Positions 36,680-49,340 of a DNA stretch of 64,000 bases are shown here, one piece after another. A program made the translations under genes and the position numbers. Position 1 is the first letter of the stretch. Every line of letters begins with the position of its first letter. Origin of the DNA: Callorhinchus milii (lineage: Eukaryota); contig NW_024704742.1 of assembly GCF_018977255.1 (NCBI RefSeq), forward strand, positions 68,884,001 through 68,948,000, given 5' to 3'. The notes under the pieces were generated by a model, which worked only from the letters and a program-made list of their open reading frames with translations, did not search any database and had not been told where the DNA came from.

Positions 36680-37014
36680 GCCTGGACTGTAATTGTGAAG
36701 TCCTCAAGTGGGGCACAACCTTTTGACTCAGGACCAATAATGCCAAGAACATCTCAAATTACTTCGCAAAGTTTGCACAAAGTTTAGTGACTGCATTCGG
36801 TGGCAACCTGACTCAGTTGGTAGCACTCATGCCTCTGAGTCAGAAGGTTGTAGGGTTCAAACCCCATGTTGGAACTTTGAACTCATGTAGGCTAGGCTGA
36901 CGCTCCAATGCAATACTGCATTGACAAGAGGTGCAGTTCTTTGGATGAGATGTTAAAACGAGGTCCTGCTGGATGTGAAGATCTTTGAGATGTCTCGACA
37001 ATGTGATAAAGCGC

Positions 37015-37375
37015 TATAATAATAATCCTTATATTTGATATAGAGCTTCATCACGTCTTCGAGACGTCTCAAAGAGCTTCACAGCATATGCTGTAAAGTG
37101 AATTGACTGTATATTTTGTGGGCGAAACGCGACAGTCAATTGCGCACAGCAGTGTCCCACAAAAGTAGTGGGTTATTATTTAATTTTTTTTGTTGTTGTA
37201 GGGATCAGCCAAGCGATCCACCAAGCGACTGACAACCCACTTCCTGCTTACTGCTTGGTAAACAGAGGCTTGTCGAGTAAGGAAACTTGCCTAACGTTTC
37301 GCCCTGCCCGGGAATTAACCCAGGTACCCTTGTTTGCTAGGCAAGTGCTCTAACCACTAAGCTACAGGACTCCAC
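37015..37375 (-). mobile_element. Family A SINE, full length
   Basis: Reverse complement of consensus. Confidence 0.9.
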
Positions 37376-37532
37376 ACTATATATCAAATTAAAGGACGAT
37401 TAAGACAGTATTGGTGGGCAAGATACAGCCCGGAGGTGACCTTTGCGAGCTCGTAGAGTTATATTAAACAGGGCAGTGCCTTTCCTTGAGCACTGATAAA
37501 GCTTCCTTGCTTGTTTTCTTTGTGGTTTTCAG

Positions 37533-37598
37533 CTACAGAAGCACTCAAGAAACCGTGTTCATTATGTACTTGTCAGCTCTCGATTTGTTGCCACAAAG
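37533..37598 (+). other. Candidate exon (YRSTQETVFIMYLSALDLLPQ in phase 2-2; other frames also open)
   Basis: Very strong pyrimidine-tract acceptor, AAG|GTATTT donor. Confidence 0.4.
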
Positions 37599-39165
37599 GT
37601 ATTTTTTTTCTCCGAGCAAATGCATCATTTTTATATTGTTGCAACTTGTTTTCAAGGCTTTCTGCACTGAGGCTTGGACAGCTCATCATCCATTGCTTAT
37701 GAGGCTTCCTTGATGTCTGACAATGTTTACACAAAGAGGCTTTCATGTATCTTGTAAAGGTTTTCAGTTACCTAGAGCGGAGAATCGGCTTAAAACAAGA
37801 ATAAGTAGACTATGGGGCGAAATTTGTAGTGTTACAGAACATGGGCACCGTGATAATTTATCAGGTTTTCTGTGTGTGTATATATATGTGTGTCTCCCTT
37901 TGCCTGTACAGGGTGACCAAAATGTTGTGATACCCTTACAATGTCTAATAAGTCTTAAAGAAATGATTTTTTTAGAAGATAGGGTAGTTATCACAAGCTT
38001 TTGGTCATCCTGTATATGTGCCTCTGCCTCTCTAACCATCCTCTCCATTTATGTGTCACTCACTGCCTGTCTATAACTGTGTGTGTTTGTGTGTCTCTAA
38101 CTCTCTCTGCATCCATTACAATCGGTGTGTCTGTGTGTGACTCTCTCTCTTCCCTCTCTCTAACTTTCTAAGATCCCATGGCGCTATTCGAAAAGAGAAA
38201 GGAGTTTCTCTCTCCTAGTGTCCTGGCCAACAATCCCCTCAACTAAATTTAAAAATTGGTCAGTTATTCCATGCCTATTTATGGGACACTACTGTGTGCA
38301 AACTGGCTGTCACAAAATACAGTCAATTCACTTTACGGTGCATCCTGAAGCACTTGGAGACATTTCAACAATGTGATATATCAAATACAAGGATTATTAT
38401 TATCCATGTGTCTGTGTGTGTTTCTCTCTGCTTCATTATCTGTGTGTGTCTGTGTGTTTCCCTCTTCTTGTATCTCTCTCTATCCTCTCTAACAGTGTGT
38501 TAATGTGCATGTGCGTGCATCTATCTCCCTGACTCTAACTGTCTGTGTTTGTTCAGCGCCTTGGGACGTCCTCCCGATGTGAAAGGCGTTATACAAATGT
38601 AATCTTCTTCTTGTTGTTTGTGCACAGCAATGTCCCACAAACAGTTATAAAGTGAACAATCAATGTTATCTGGAGGATTGTTGCCCAGGACACCAAGAGA
38701 GAGAAACTCCCTTCATTTTTTGACAACCCAAGTGTTTGACTTTCTGTCTTTTAAATGTCCCTATTGATTCCACCTCTACAGGTTTCTGGGGCAGAGCATT
38801 CCACATCCTCACATCCCTTTGACGGCCCTGAAGTGAATGATCAATTTTATTTGGGGGGGTGGGCAAACTCCTGGAAAAACTTAATTCCTTTTTTGAGTTG
38901 TGCCATGGTATCTTTAACGTCCACCTGAACAGGCGGATAGGGTCTTAATTTAATGTCTTATCTAAATGATGGCACCTCTGACAATGTAGTGCTCCCCCAG
39001 CACTATATTTGAATGTCATCCTAGACTGTGAGTTCAAGGTCACGATCTTGAACCCACAATCTATTTATTTAATTCCCTCTTAAAAGCTAATGTTGACTCC
39101 AGTTCAACCTTGATTCTAAGTTGGGCAATGCAGACTCTTTATAGACCCTGTGTGTTGTCCCCAAG

Positions 39166-39391
39166 GGCTAGAGAGTTGCACATATCCCCATATTTAGGAA
39201 AACATTTAGACATGGATTGACAGGGAAGATTGCAGACTATTTTGTCTGAGGCTGGTTGCAACGAAAATGCTCAAGAGCTTTCCATGAGCTGCTATCAACA
39301 TTCACCTAAAGTACACAGGAGCCTAGAGGGAGTAGTTAACATGCTCTGAGAATCCGGAGGTCAAAGCCTTAGAAATGTATTGGAAATCAGT
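39166..39391 (+). pseudogene. Candidate exon with two in-frame TGA codons
   Basis: ARELHISPYLGKHLDMD*QGRLQTILSEAGCNENAQELSMSCYQHSPKVHRSLEGVVNML*ESGGQSLRNVLEIS; TGA at 39218 and 39347; phase 2-0. Confidence 0.3.
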
Positions 39392-39544
39392 GTGCGCGTA
39401 TCTAAAATACTGGGATTTTCGGATTTTATTTAATCTTGGTTCCGACACTGACTTTTTCAAGCAGGATTCATGTTTTTTTTTCCACCAAAATATTCCCTGC
39501 AGCTGTAACCACCCATCTCCCATGTGTTCTCACCAACTATCACC

Positions 39545-39915
39545 TGAATCTTGCAGTTTAGTGGTTAGTGCGCTCGCCTCTCAAACGAGAGGACCTGGGT
39601 TTGATTACCGGTCAGGGTGAAACCTTAGACAAGTATCCTTACTCCACATAATTCTGTTTATCTAGCAGCATATAAGAACCTGGTTGTTAGTCAATTGGTG
39701 GATCGCTTTTCCAGGAGTAATAATTCCTTCAAAAAAAATACTAATTTGGTCACTCAATCCACAACTGCTTGTGGGACACTGATGTGTGCAATTGGCTGTC
39801 GCATTTCACCCAAAAAATAAAGTCAATTCACTTTACAGTATATTCTATGAAGCACTCTGAGACATCTCAAAGATGTGATAAGGCGCTATATCAAATGTAA
39901 GGATTATTATTATTG
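39545..39915 (+). mobile_element. Family A SINE, full length
   Basis: Matches consensus. Confidence 0.9.
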
Positions 39916-39934
39916 TAAACATCATTGAATATTG

Positions 39935-40025
39935 TATATCCACATGCCAATAATCAACACACCAACTATCCACACGCCTATTATCATCACACCAACTATC
40001 CACACACCAACAATCCACACACGGC
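39935..40025. repeat. Degenerate 15-bp tandem array (ACCAACTATCCACAC), ~6 units
   Basis: Direct reading. Confidence 0.75.
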
Positions 40026-40607
40026 AACTATAATATGGCAACTACATGCATGGCAATTGACCATGTGTCTGACTATTCTGTGTCTGACTATGCCATGCTC
40101 TGGAGGTATCAAGGGGTGCAGTTTTGCCTGAGGCATTATGTGAATGAGCAGAGGAAATGGAGAGAATCCAATCCAGGTAAATAGATTAGAGCTAGAGAGA
40201 AAGCCACACACACACCCATACGTATACACCCAGAGCTAGAGAGGCAGGGAATCCTTCAAAGAAACTCCTGGAGACACACTTTCAGCCAAATCCAAAACAC
40301 AAACTGGTATTAATTCTCAATGTTTGTCTATCGAATTTCAAGCCCCATTGTTCAGTATTCCATAAATGAATTTGGATTATAAATAACTTAATGAAACTAC
40401 AACTGATCTCTACTGTATAGTTATGTGGTCCAGGAATTAATTTATATGTTTATTTATAAAGCTTGCATTTAAGACCATAAGACCATGAGACGTAAGAGCA
40501 GGAGTAGGCCATTCGGCCCCTAGAGCCTGCCCCGCCATTTAATAAGATCATGGCTGATCTTCTAACCTAATTCCATTTACCCACCCTATCCCCATATCCT
40601 TTAATCC

Positions 40608-43600
40608 AACAACAACAACTTGGATTTTTATAGCGCCCTCCACACCGGACGGCGTTTCAGAGAGCTTCACAGTAACGGATCCTGGAGCCGAGCCAGGGGG
40701 AGGGGGATGAAGGTGACCAAAGGCGCGGTCGAAAAGAAATGTCTTCAGCCGAGACCTGAAAATAGGAAGAGAGGGTACAAGGCGAAGGGAGTGAGGAAGA
40801 GAGTTCCAGAGCCTCGGGGCGTAGTAGCTGAAAGCACAGATGCCGAGCGTGGAGCAGAGGACTCGGGGGACAAGGAGGAGGCCAGACCCGGTGGAACGAA
40901 GGCAATGGGTACTGTTGTGAGGAGAGAGGAGGTCAGAGAGGTAGGGGCTGCAGAGGAGTGGAGGGATTGGAAGACAAGGGTGACAGCCCCAAAACCTAGG
41001 AGTCAGGTTCGACCCGCAATTGGGGGTCGAACCTGACTCCTAGGTTTTATACGGGATTGGAGAGATTTAGCGGGAGGTCGGGTAGGTGGAGGAGATGAGA
41101 ACCATGTGATTTTGGATGCTGACGAGAGCCAAAGAATATGGCTTCCGTCTTGTCAACGTTCAGCTGAAGGAAATCTGCGCTCATCCAGCTCCTGATGTCT
41201 GACAAGCAGGCTGACAGAACATCAGGGGACTGGGGGTCGCAAAGTGAGGTGGAAAAATAGAGTTGGGTGTCGTCCGCGTACATGTGGAAGTATACCCCAT
41301 GTCATGAAAGCATCGCTGCCGAGGATAGAGCGGAGGACTCGGGGGACAAGGAGGAGGCCAGACCCGGTGGAATAAAGGCAATGGGCACTGTTGTGAGGAG
41401 AGAGGAGGTCAGAGAGATAGGCTGCTGAGGAGTGGAGGGATTGGAAGACAAGGGTGACATCCCCAAGAGAGAACATGTGATCAGAAAGAGGAGGGGGCCA
41501 AAGAAGGATCTTTGGTGTACCCCGCAGGTACCTGGGTGAGAGTGGGAGAAAAAGCCGTTTGTGCAGATGTACCGCTGTCGGTTCATGAGGTAGGACTCGA
41601 ACCAGGCGAGTGCGGTTCCACTGAGGTGGATGACTGAGGAAAGGCAGTGGAGGAGGATGGCGTGATCGACTGTGTCAAACGCAGTGGAAAGGTCCAGGAG
41701 GACAAGGAGGCAGAGGGAGCCCTGGTCACAGATAGAGAGGATGTCGTTTGTGACTTTCACAAGTGCAGTCTCTGTACTGTGGGCAGAGCAGAAACCGAAC
41801 TGGAGAGGTTCGAAGAGGAAGTGGGAGGAGAGGTGTGCGCGGAGTTGATTTGCAACAATGTGTTCTAGGACTTTTGCGAGGAAAGCCGGTTTGAGATAGG
41901 ACGGTAATGGCTGGGGTTTGAAGGGATCTAGGGAGGATTTTTTGAGGAGGGGGTGATGACAGCAGTTTTGAGGGGGGAGGGACTGATCCAGAGAAGAGGG
42001 ACTGGTTGATGAAATCAGCCAGTTGTGGGCAGAGGAGGGGGAGCTGGGTGACCAGCAAGTTGGTGGGGAAAGGATCGAAGCAACAGGTGGTGGGTTTCAT
42101 TGAAGTGATGGTGGGTAAGAGGGAGGAAGGAGAGATGGGGAGGAAGAAATGTAGGATGGGGGTCGTGGTAGGAGCTGATGATGGGGAGGGTGAGGGGATG
42201 GAGAGTGGGTGGTGGGTGACAAGAGGCAGGAGGATGAGGCTGCCTGGCGGATGTTGTGTATTTTGGATAAAAAGAAGTCCATAACCTCCTCGCACTTGGC
42301 ATTGGATGCGAAGATTGAGGAGGCCTAAGGGGGCACATGGAGGAGGTAGTGGGCGGTGGAAAAAAGGATTTTAGGATTATTTTTAGCCTCTAAGATGATG
42401 TTGGTGTAGAAGGCCATTTTTGCGGGTGTCAAAGAACGACGGTAGTTGTGGAGGTGCTCGAGCCACAGTTGGCGGTGAACTGTCAGGCCAGTTTTCCACC
42501 ATCTGCGCTCGAGCAGCCGGGTTTGGGTTTTTAGGCAGTGGAGATGGTTGTTGTACCAGGGGAATCGGGTGGGATAGTTCTGGATTTCAGGGGGACGAGA
42601 GAGTTAAAGGTGGAGGAGAGGCAATCATGGGGCAGCTGGACGGCTGCTTCAGGATCTCCGCAGATGGAAGGCCAGAGGGATAGGATATTTGATGATGTGA
42701 GGGCCTTTGTGAGGGTCTCAGGGGGTAGCCTTTTCCATGGGTGGTAGAGAATGGTTGAGGGCTTGGTGGAGGAGAGAGGGATGTGAGAGGAGAAGGAGAT
42801 GAGGAAGTGATCCGAGATAGCCTTGTCCACTATGCTAAGGTCGGAAATGTCAAGGCCGTGGGTGATAATGAAGTCGAGGGCATGGCCATGGTTGTGGGTC
42901 GTGAATTTATGCGAAAGGTGAGGTTTAGGGAGGAGAGGAGGGCCGTGAAGTCAGAAAAAGTGGTGCAAGGGGTGTTTAGGTGGAGGTTGAAATCGCCCAT
43001 TATGAGCAGGCGTTCGGAGCAGAAGAGAGGAGAGTAAGATGTCTGTGGGAAAGGAGCCGGGGGGCTTAGGGGGGCGGTAGACCAGGAGGATTTTCAGTGG
43101 GAGAGAGGGATGGAAGAGGGTGAAATGCTTGAAGGAGGAGGAACAGCCGGAGGAGTAGGGGGTGAGACCAAGGGAGGCTTTGGAAATGAAAGCCACCCCA
43201 CTGCCACGTTGGTTTGAATGGGGGGTGTGGTGGAAGGTGTAGCCTGGAGGGGAAGCTTTGACTAGGGGGACGGGGTCATTGGGGGAGAGCCAGGTTTCAG
43301 TGAGCCCAAGAATGTCAAGGTGCTCGTCCAGGATGAGGTAATTGATGATGAGGGCTTTGTTTGAGAGGGAACGGAGGGAAATGGAGGGAAATGTGGGTGT
43401 GTTTGCTGGAGGGAGGAGAGAGAGGAGAGAATGATGTGCAGAAGATTTTTGGGTGTACAGGAGAGATGGCTGTGGAGTGCGGGGGGAGTGGAGACCTGGG
43501 GAGGGTACGTATGAGGAAGGGCGAAGTTGTATTTGCCTTAAGGAGACTGTTTGAGCGGAGGGAGTGAATAATTGGACACGTGGGGTTGCTGCTCTGGGAC

Positions 43601-43945
43601 AGCCAGTGCCTGGAGCCACGATGGGCCCGGCGGAGGATGCCCATTCTGGAGCAGAGGGAAGTGGTGATGGGCTCCAGGAGAGAGAGAAGGCGGGGAAGGC
43701 AGTGGGAGAGAAGGACAGAGTGGGATTAGCAGATAGAGGTGGGGTGGAGGAGAGACATTTAGAGTGAAGGGGGAGGCTCGGGTCGGAGCGGCAGCCAAAT
43801 CGCGCACCAGAGACCGGAAGCGAGCGACCACCAGGACGGCATCAGCCCGCAGGCTGCGTGGTCATGGCTGGGATGGCAGTGACAGGGGCTGCCAGGCCAC
43901 TGTTGTTGTTGTTGCTGTTGTTTTAATTATGACGTCACGCCGACG
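40608..43945 (-). mobile_element. Near full-length, rearranged L2 LINE (second subfamily)
   Basis: [43 protein letters not shown]; (AAC)n tail at 40608; possible TCC target duplication. Confidence 0.93.
40991..41048. repeat. 58-bp palindrome (fold-back) within L2
   Basis: AAAACCTAGGAGTCAGGTTCGACCC G CAATTG G GGGTCGAACCTGACTCCTAGGTTTT. Confidence 0.97.
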
Positions 43946-44682
43946 TCCCTCTCGCCTTTAGAAATCTATCAGTCTCAGTCGTGAATATGTTCAAGGACTG
44001 AGCATCCACAGCCTTCTGGGGTAGAGAATTCCACAAATTCACTACCCTCTGAGTGAAGAAATGTTTCCTCAACTCAGTTCGAAAAGGCCGACCCTTAATC
44101 TTGAGACTATGACCTCTAGTTTTAGATTCTCCAACCAGAGGAAACAGTCTCATCCTGTCAAGCCCCATAAGAATCTTATATGTTTCTATAAGATCACCCC
44201 TAATGCTTCTGTACTCTAGAGAATATAGGCCTAGTTTCCTCAACCTATCCTGATAGGTCAACCCCCTCATCCCAAGAACCAACCTAGTGAATCTACATTG
44301 CACCCCCTCAAAGGCGTGTATGTCCTTTCTTAAATAAGGAGACCAAAACTGCACACAATATTCTAGGTTTCGTCTCACCAAGGCCTTATACAAGATTTCC
44401 CTACTGTTGTACTCTAACTCTTTTGCAACGAACACGAATATTTACAACAAATATATATATATTTAAATCAACACAGTGAAGCACTTTGAGACATCCTCGC
44501 TACGAGGCACTACGTATGTAAAATTGTTGCCGTTTTCTATTGCAAATGCATTAAAACGAGAATAAAAATACAGAAAAGTGAAACTAAAATTATCAAGAGC
44601 TCCCTAACTGTGTTTGTAATGTACTTTAGCTTTTAGTGTGAATTAATTGCTTGAAAGATTGAACACACTGTATTTATTTCAG

Positions 44683-44754
44683 AGAATCCCATTAAACATT
44701 GAACACTTATCCCTAAATGGAAAGAGATTATCCCTGCTGGTTGACAAATTGATA
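44683..44754 (+). other. Candidate exon (RIPLNIEHLSLNGKRLSLLVDKLI), phase 0-0
   Basis: TGTATTTATTTCAG acceptor, open 72 nt, GTAAGG donor. Confidence 0.4.
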
Positions 44755-46734
44755 GTAAGGGGGGCATAAGATCAGGATTGTCACTGGAAGAGTTAAGATG
44801 GAGTTTGGAAGCATTTGTGTAAAGAGCTGAGCTTATCAGGATGTGAAATGCTTGCATACTCAGAATTGCAAGGGTATTTAACAAGATACAATGTGAAACG
44901 ATACAGAAAAAGAGGGGAGAATTGGGATTAGCCAATTTAGTTCCTGTAGAGAAATTGCTTGATGGGGTGAATGGCCTCCTTCTGTGGCTTAATGCCAATG
45001 ACTCCATCAACTCTTCCATAGGAACATTTAAAATTTGATTTCTGTGGAGAGAAACATGTGATGTTGAGATGTGGTAATTTAAGACAACAGTATTGATTAA
45101 ACACATACTGAATTTTGTGACCTGGTGTTAATTAACATATCAAGTGCTCTCTACGTACAGTGAAATCAGAACCCCCTTCTGAACAGTTGGGCCACACATT
45201 GAGAAGTGCGTGAGGAGTGAAGAAGGGAGGAAGTAAAAGAGAGGGTAATTTTACATATTGTCATGAAAGAACTCATAGAATTGATATCATATGATAATAT
45301 TATTATTATCACATGTAGAAGCCCTTCAGTGAAAGGGAGATTCTCTCTCCCTGTGTCCTGGCCGATAATCCCCCAGATAAAATTGATCATTTCCTACATG
45401 TTTGTGGAACATTGCTGTGTGCAAATTGGCTGCCATGTTCGTCTACAAAATACACAGTCACTGCAGGTGCTATACAAAGTTGTTGTCCACAGTAAAATCC
45501 TGCGTACTCACTTTGAGATGTTCTCCTGATGTGAAAGGTGCGAAATCCAAAGCAGTATTTTAAAATTTAAAATTCTCTCTTACTGGTGGTACAAAGGGTA
45601 ATTATTTCACCTGATTTCTTTCAAGAAGCTTTAAGTGAGTAAGTATTGTTTCATGTTCTGGCACTTAACATTAAACAGTTTCTGTAGCCTACAACATATC
45701 CAATTTGGAGCCACTTAATATTGTCACTGGCTGCTCTGAAAGTCAAATTCCAATCTTCATTATTAAGTCAATCAATCACAAACACAATGAGCTCACAGAT
45801 ATAAAGTGAGCTCATACCATATTAAGTAATAGTTTCTGTATTGCCTTGATATAAATTAAGTTACACAACAGGGTTTCTGAAATCTTTATCTGATGTTTCT
45901 CTGATTGCTATCGTTCTGAGTCCTGCCTGTCCGTATTAAGTCCTAAGACTTTGTTCTTCGAACGTGCTTACAGTCACCTCTTTTCTCCCCGTCTCTGTGT
46001 CAAAGAGTATTGGCGAGAGCGCTCTCCTCAGAAGTGAGAGGGCCTGGGTTCGATTCCCAGGCTGGGCAAAACCTTAAGCTGGTTTCCATACTCCACACGC
46101 CTCTGTTTACTTAGCAGCTAAGTAGGAACCCAGTTGTTAGTCAATTGACAGATCACTTTCCAGGGGTAACAATCCCTTCAAAAAAATTATAATAATTTGT
46201 TTACTCAATCCACAATTGTTTGTGAGACACTGGTGTCCGCAGTTGGCTGCCGTGTTTCACCCACAAAAATATCCAGTCAATTCACTTTACAGTCATTTCA
46301 ACAGCTATATCAAATGCGAGGATTATTATTATTATTACAGTGTCAAACTCATCATTGTTAAGTGTTCTGAGATTGGGAACCCCACACAAAGGGCACTATA
46401 TAAATGCAAGTTGTTGTTGTTGCCAATTCTTCCTTCTTATAAGAGGAGAGCTGTTCAGCATTCAAACCCAAAATGAGCATGAAGCCTGGTTTAGCCAAAA
46501 CAAACCGTCTTATTTAACAACAACAACAATTTGCATATATAATAGCACTCGTTGTGCTGGGAGCTGTCTCGGAGCACTTGACAGTGGTGTGGTATGCTGC
46601 TGAGCTGGAAAGAGACAGGAGACCGAAGGCATGGTCGAAGAGGAAATTTTTTTTGTTGATCTGAAGATGAGCAAAGATGGGGTAAGGCAGTGAGATTGAA
46701 GCAGGGAGTTCCAGAAGTTTGGGGCATAGTGGAT

Positions 46735-47325
46735 AAATAATAATAAACCTTGCATTTGATATAGCACCTTACCATGTTGTTGAAATGTCTCAAGGCGCTT
46801 CACAGGATGTACTGCAAAATGAATTGACTGTATATTTTGTGGGCGAAATGCGGCAGACAATTATGTACAGCAGTTGTGGATTGCGTGACCAAATTATTTT
46901 TCTTTAAGGGATTTTTAACCCGGAAAGCGATCCGCCAGTCAGCTAATATCCAGGTTCCTACTTACTGGAACAATAATAATAATAATAATTATTAATAATC
47001 CCTCCAAAACCAAAAACAATAATAAATTGGTCATTTTCAATCTACGAATGTTTGTGGGACATTGCTGTGCGCGATTGGCTGCCACGTTCGCCCACAAATA
47101 TACAGTCAATTCACTTTACAGTGTGTTCTGTGAAGCGCTTTGGGTCGTCCTCCCGACGTGAAAAGCGCTATATCAAATGCAAGGATTATTATTATTATTA
47201 TTATTACTGCTAAGTTAACAAAGTGTGTGGAGTAAGAAAACTTGCCTAATGTTTAGCCCTGCCCGAGAATCGAACCTGGGTTCTCTTGTTAGCGAGGCGA
47301 GTGCTCTAACCAATGCACTACAGGA
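46735..47325 (-). mobile_element. Family A SINE (-) containing a younger + strand SINE 3' part (46990-47205)
   Basis: TTACTG duplicated at both sides of the insert. Confidence 0.85.
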
Positions 47326-48009
47326 TAAAAGCACAGCTATCCGCAATTGGCTGCCGAGTTTCATGGAACATGCAGAAGGCAGCTGGTTGCTAAAAGTCTT
47401 TCAACACTAAGCACTATGAGTAATTAACTGATGGCAAGGATTCATTTATAAAAGATCAGGTACATTAGCTTGCAAGGTTATAAAACCTTGGATTGCTCCA
47501 GCATTGCATTTCCTCCCGTAATAAATTCAGATTGGCTTTAAGAGATAACTTTAAGCTGTTTGATACTCTTTAATAAAAGATGGTTAATAGCAGAGGCCAG
47601 TTATTGGAGACCAGCTGGCTACAATATCTCTCCATTGAGTGTTGATATATAATGGATGAGTGCCTAAGTCAAAGATCTGCGCTGATACATTTTTGCTTTG
47701 TTACATTGTGTCTCTTCAACCGTGCCTTCAGCTCCCCTCTCAACCCTCTACACCCTCCTCGCTCCCTCCCTTCCCTCCCTTCCCCCTGACCATTTCCCCC
47801 CTGCTCGGGTCCCGACCCAACTGTCCAGCACCTTGGGACGTCCTCCCGACATGAAAGGCGCTCTATAAATGCAATCTTGTTGTTGTTGTTGTTGTTGTTG
47901 TGTCAGACTGGTTCAGTGGTATCACTCTCACACCTGAGTCAGAGGTTGTGGGTTCAAGCCCCACATCAGGTCTTTGAACTCATATCGTCCAGGCTGAATG
48001 CTGTGTATT

Positions 48010-49340
48010 CTTGATTCAAATCCTGGAGGTGAAGGGCAAGCCCAGGCTCCTGTTCTCCACCACCAACCGGCTCCTCCGCCCTTCCCGCCACAACTCGCAG
48101 ATTCTTTCCTCCGACTCCCACTGCCTTTGTTACGTGGATTGACTGATCCACTGCCTTTCCTGCCACCTCAACCTCCAAGGTGCTGTCCTTGACTGGTTCA
48201 GGTCCTACCTTTCACACCGCCTCTAGTTCAGCGCAGCTAACAGCTTCTCCTCCAGCCCCGCCGCCGTCTCGTGCAGTGTTCCTCAGGGCTCTGTCCTTGG
48301 TCCCCTACTCTTCACCCTCTACATGCTCCTCCTTGGTGACATAATCCGCAGACATGGGGTAAGTTTCCACATGTATGCGGATGACACCCTATTTATGATA
48401 CCGTGTCTATCTCTCTGTTTACACTCTCAGCTCCAGGACTACTGGCATCCTGACCGACTGTCTGTCCAACATCAAGTTCTGGACGAGGGACAACTTTCTC
48501 CAGCTGAACATCAGCAAGACCGAGGCCCTCTTGATTGGCTTGCGCTGGCAACCTCAGGCGCTGGCAGCATCAGCCTCCACGGCTGCACACTCAACCTCAC
48601 TAAGGCAGTCAGGAACCTGGGTATCTTGTTTGACCCTGAACTATCCTTTCTCCCCCACATCCGTGCCATGTCCGGCACTGCCTACCACCACCTCTGCAAC
48701 ATTGCCAGACTCTGCCACTGCCTCACCCCTCAGGCTGTCAAAACCCTCACCAACACATTCGTCACATCAAGGCTCGATTATGGAAATTCCCTCCTCATCG
48801 ACCTTCCCAGCTCTTCCCTTCACAAGATGCAGATCATCCAAAACTCTGCAGCTCATGTACTCTCGCGGACAAGGCTCCGTGACCCCATCACTCGCTCGAC
48901 TCCACTGGCTCCCCATACCTCAGAGGATCTAATTCAAGATCCTCGTCCTCACTTTCAAGGCCATCCATGGCCTTGCCCCCTCCTACCTCTCTGACCTGCT
49001 GATTCCCCACCAACCTGCCCGCTCCCTCCGTTCAGCGGGCTCCGGTCTGCTCCATGTCTCCCGCCGGACCCCCCCTACCATCGGTGGCCGGGCTTTCAGG
49101 CTCTCTGCCCCCACACTCTGGAACTCCATCCCACAAGTCTCTTCGCCTCGATTCCTCCCTTGCCTCCTTCAAGGCCAGTCTCAAGACCCTACCTTCGGTC
49201 GCCCTCCCACCTCTTTGCCTCCCTCACCCCTACCCCACCACTCCCCCATGCTCGGGTTTTGAGCCCTGACTGTCCAGCGCCTTGGTATGTCCTCCCGACG
49301 TGAAAGGTGCTCTATAAATGTAATTTTGTTGTTGTTGTTG
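48010..49340 (+). mobile_element. Internally deleted L2 LINE
   Basis: [41 protein letters not shown]; (TTG)n tail. Confidence 0.93.

Larger units (their letters stand above)
40471..44435 (-). mobile_element. 5'-truncated CR1 LINE (43946-44435 plus 40471-40607) split by an L2 insertion
   Basis: LYKALVRRNLEYCVQFWSPYLRKDI..LGLYSLE..TRGHSLK..FFTQRVVNLWNSLP; 3' UTR resumes at 40607 with (AAGACCAT)n tail. Confidence 0.92.
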
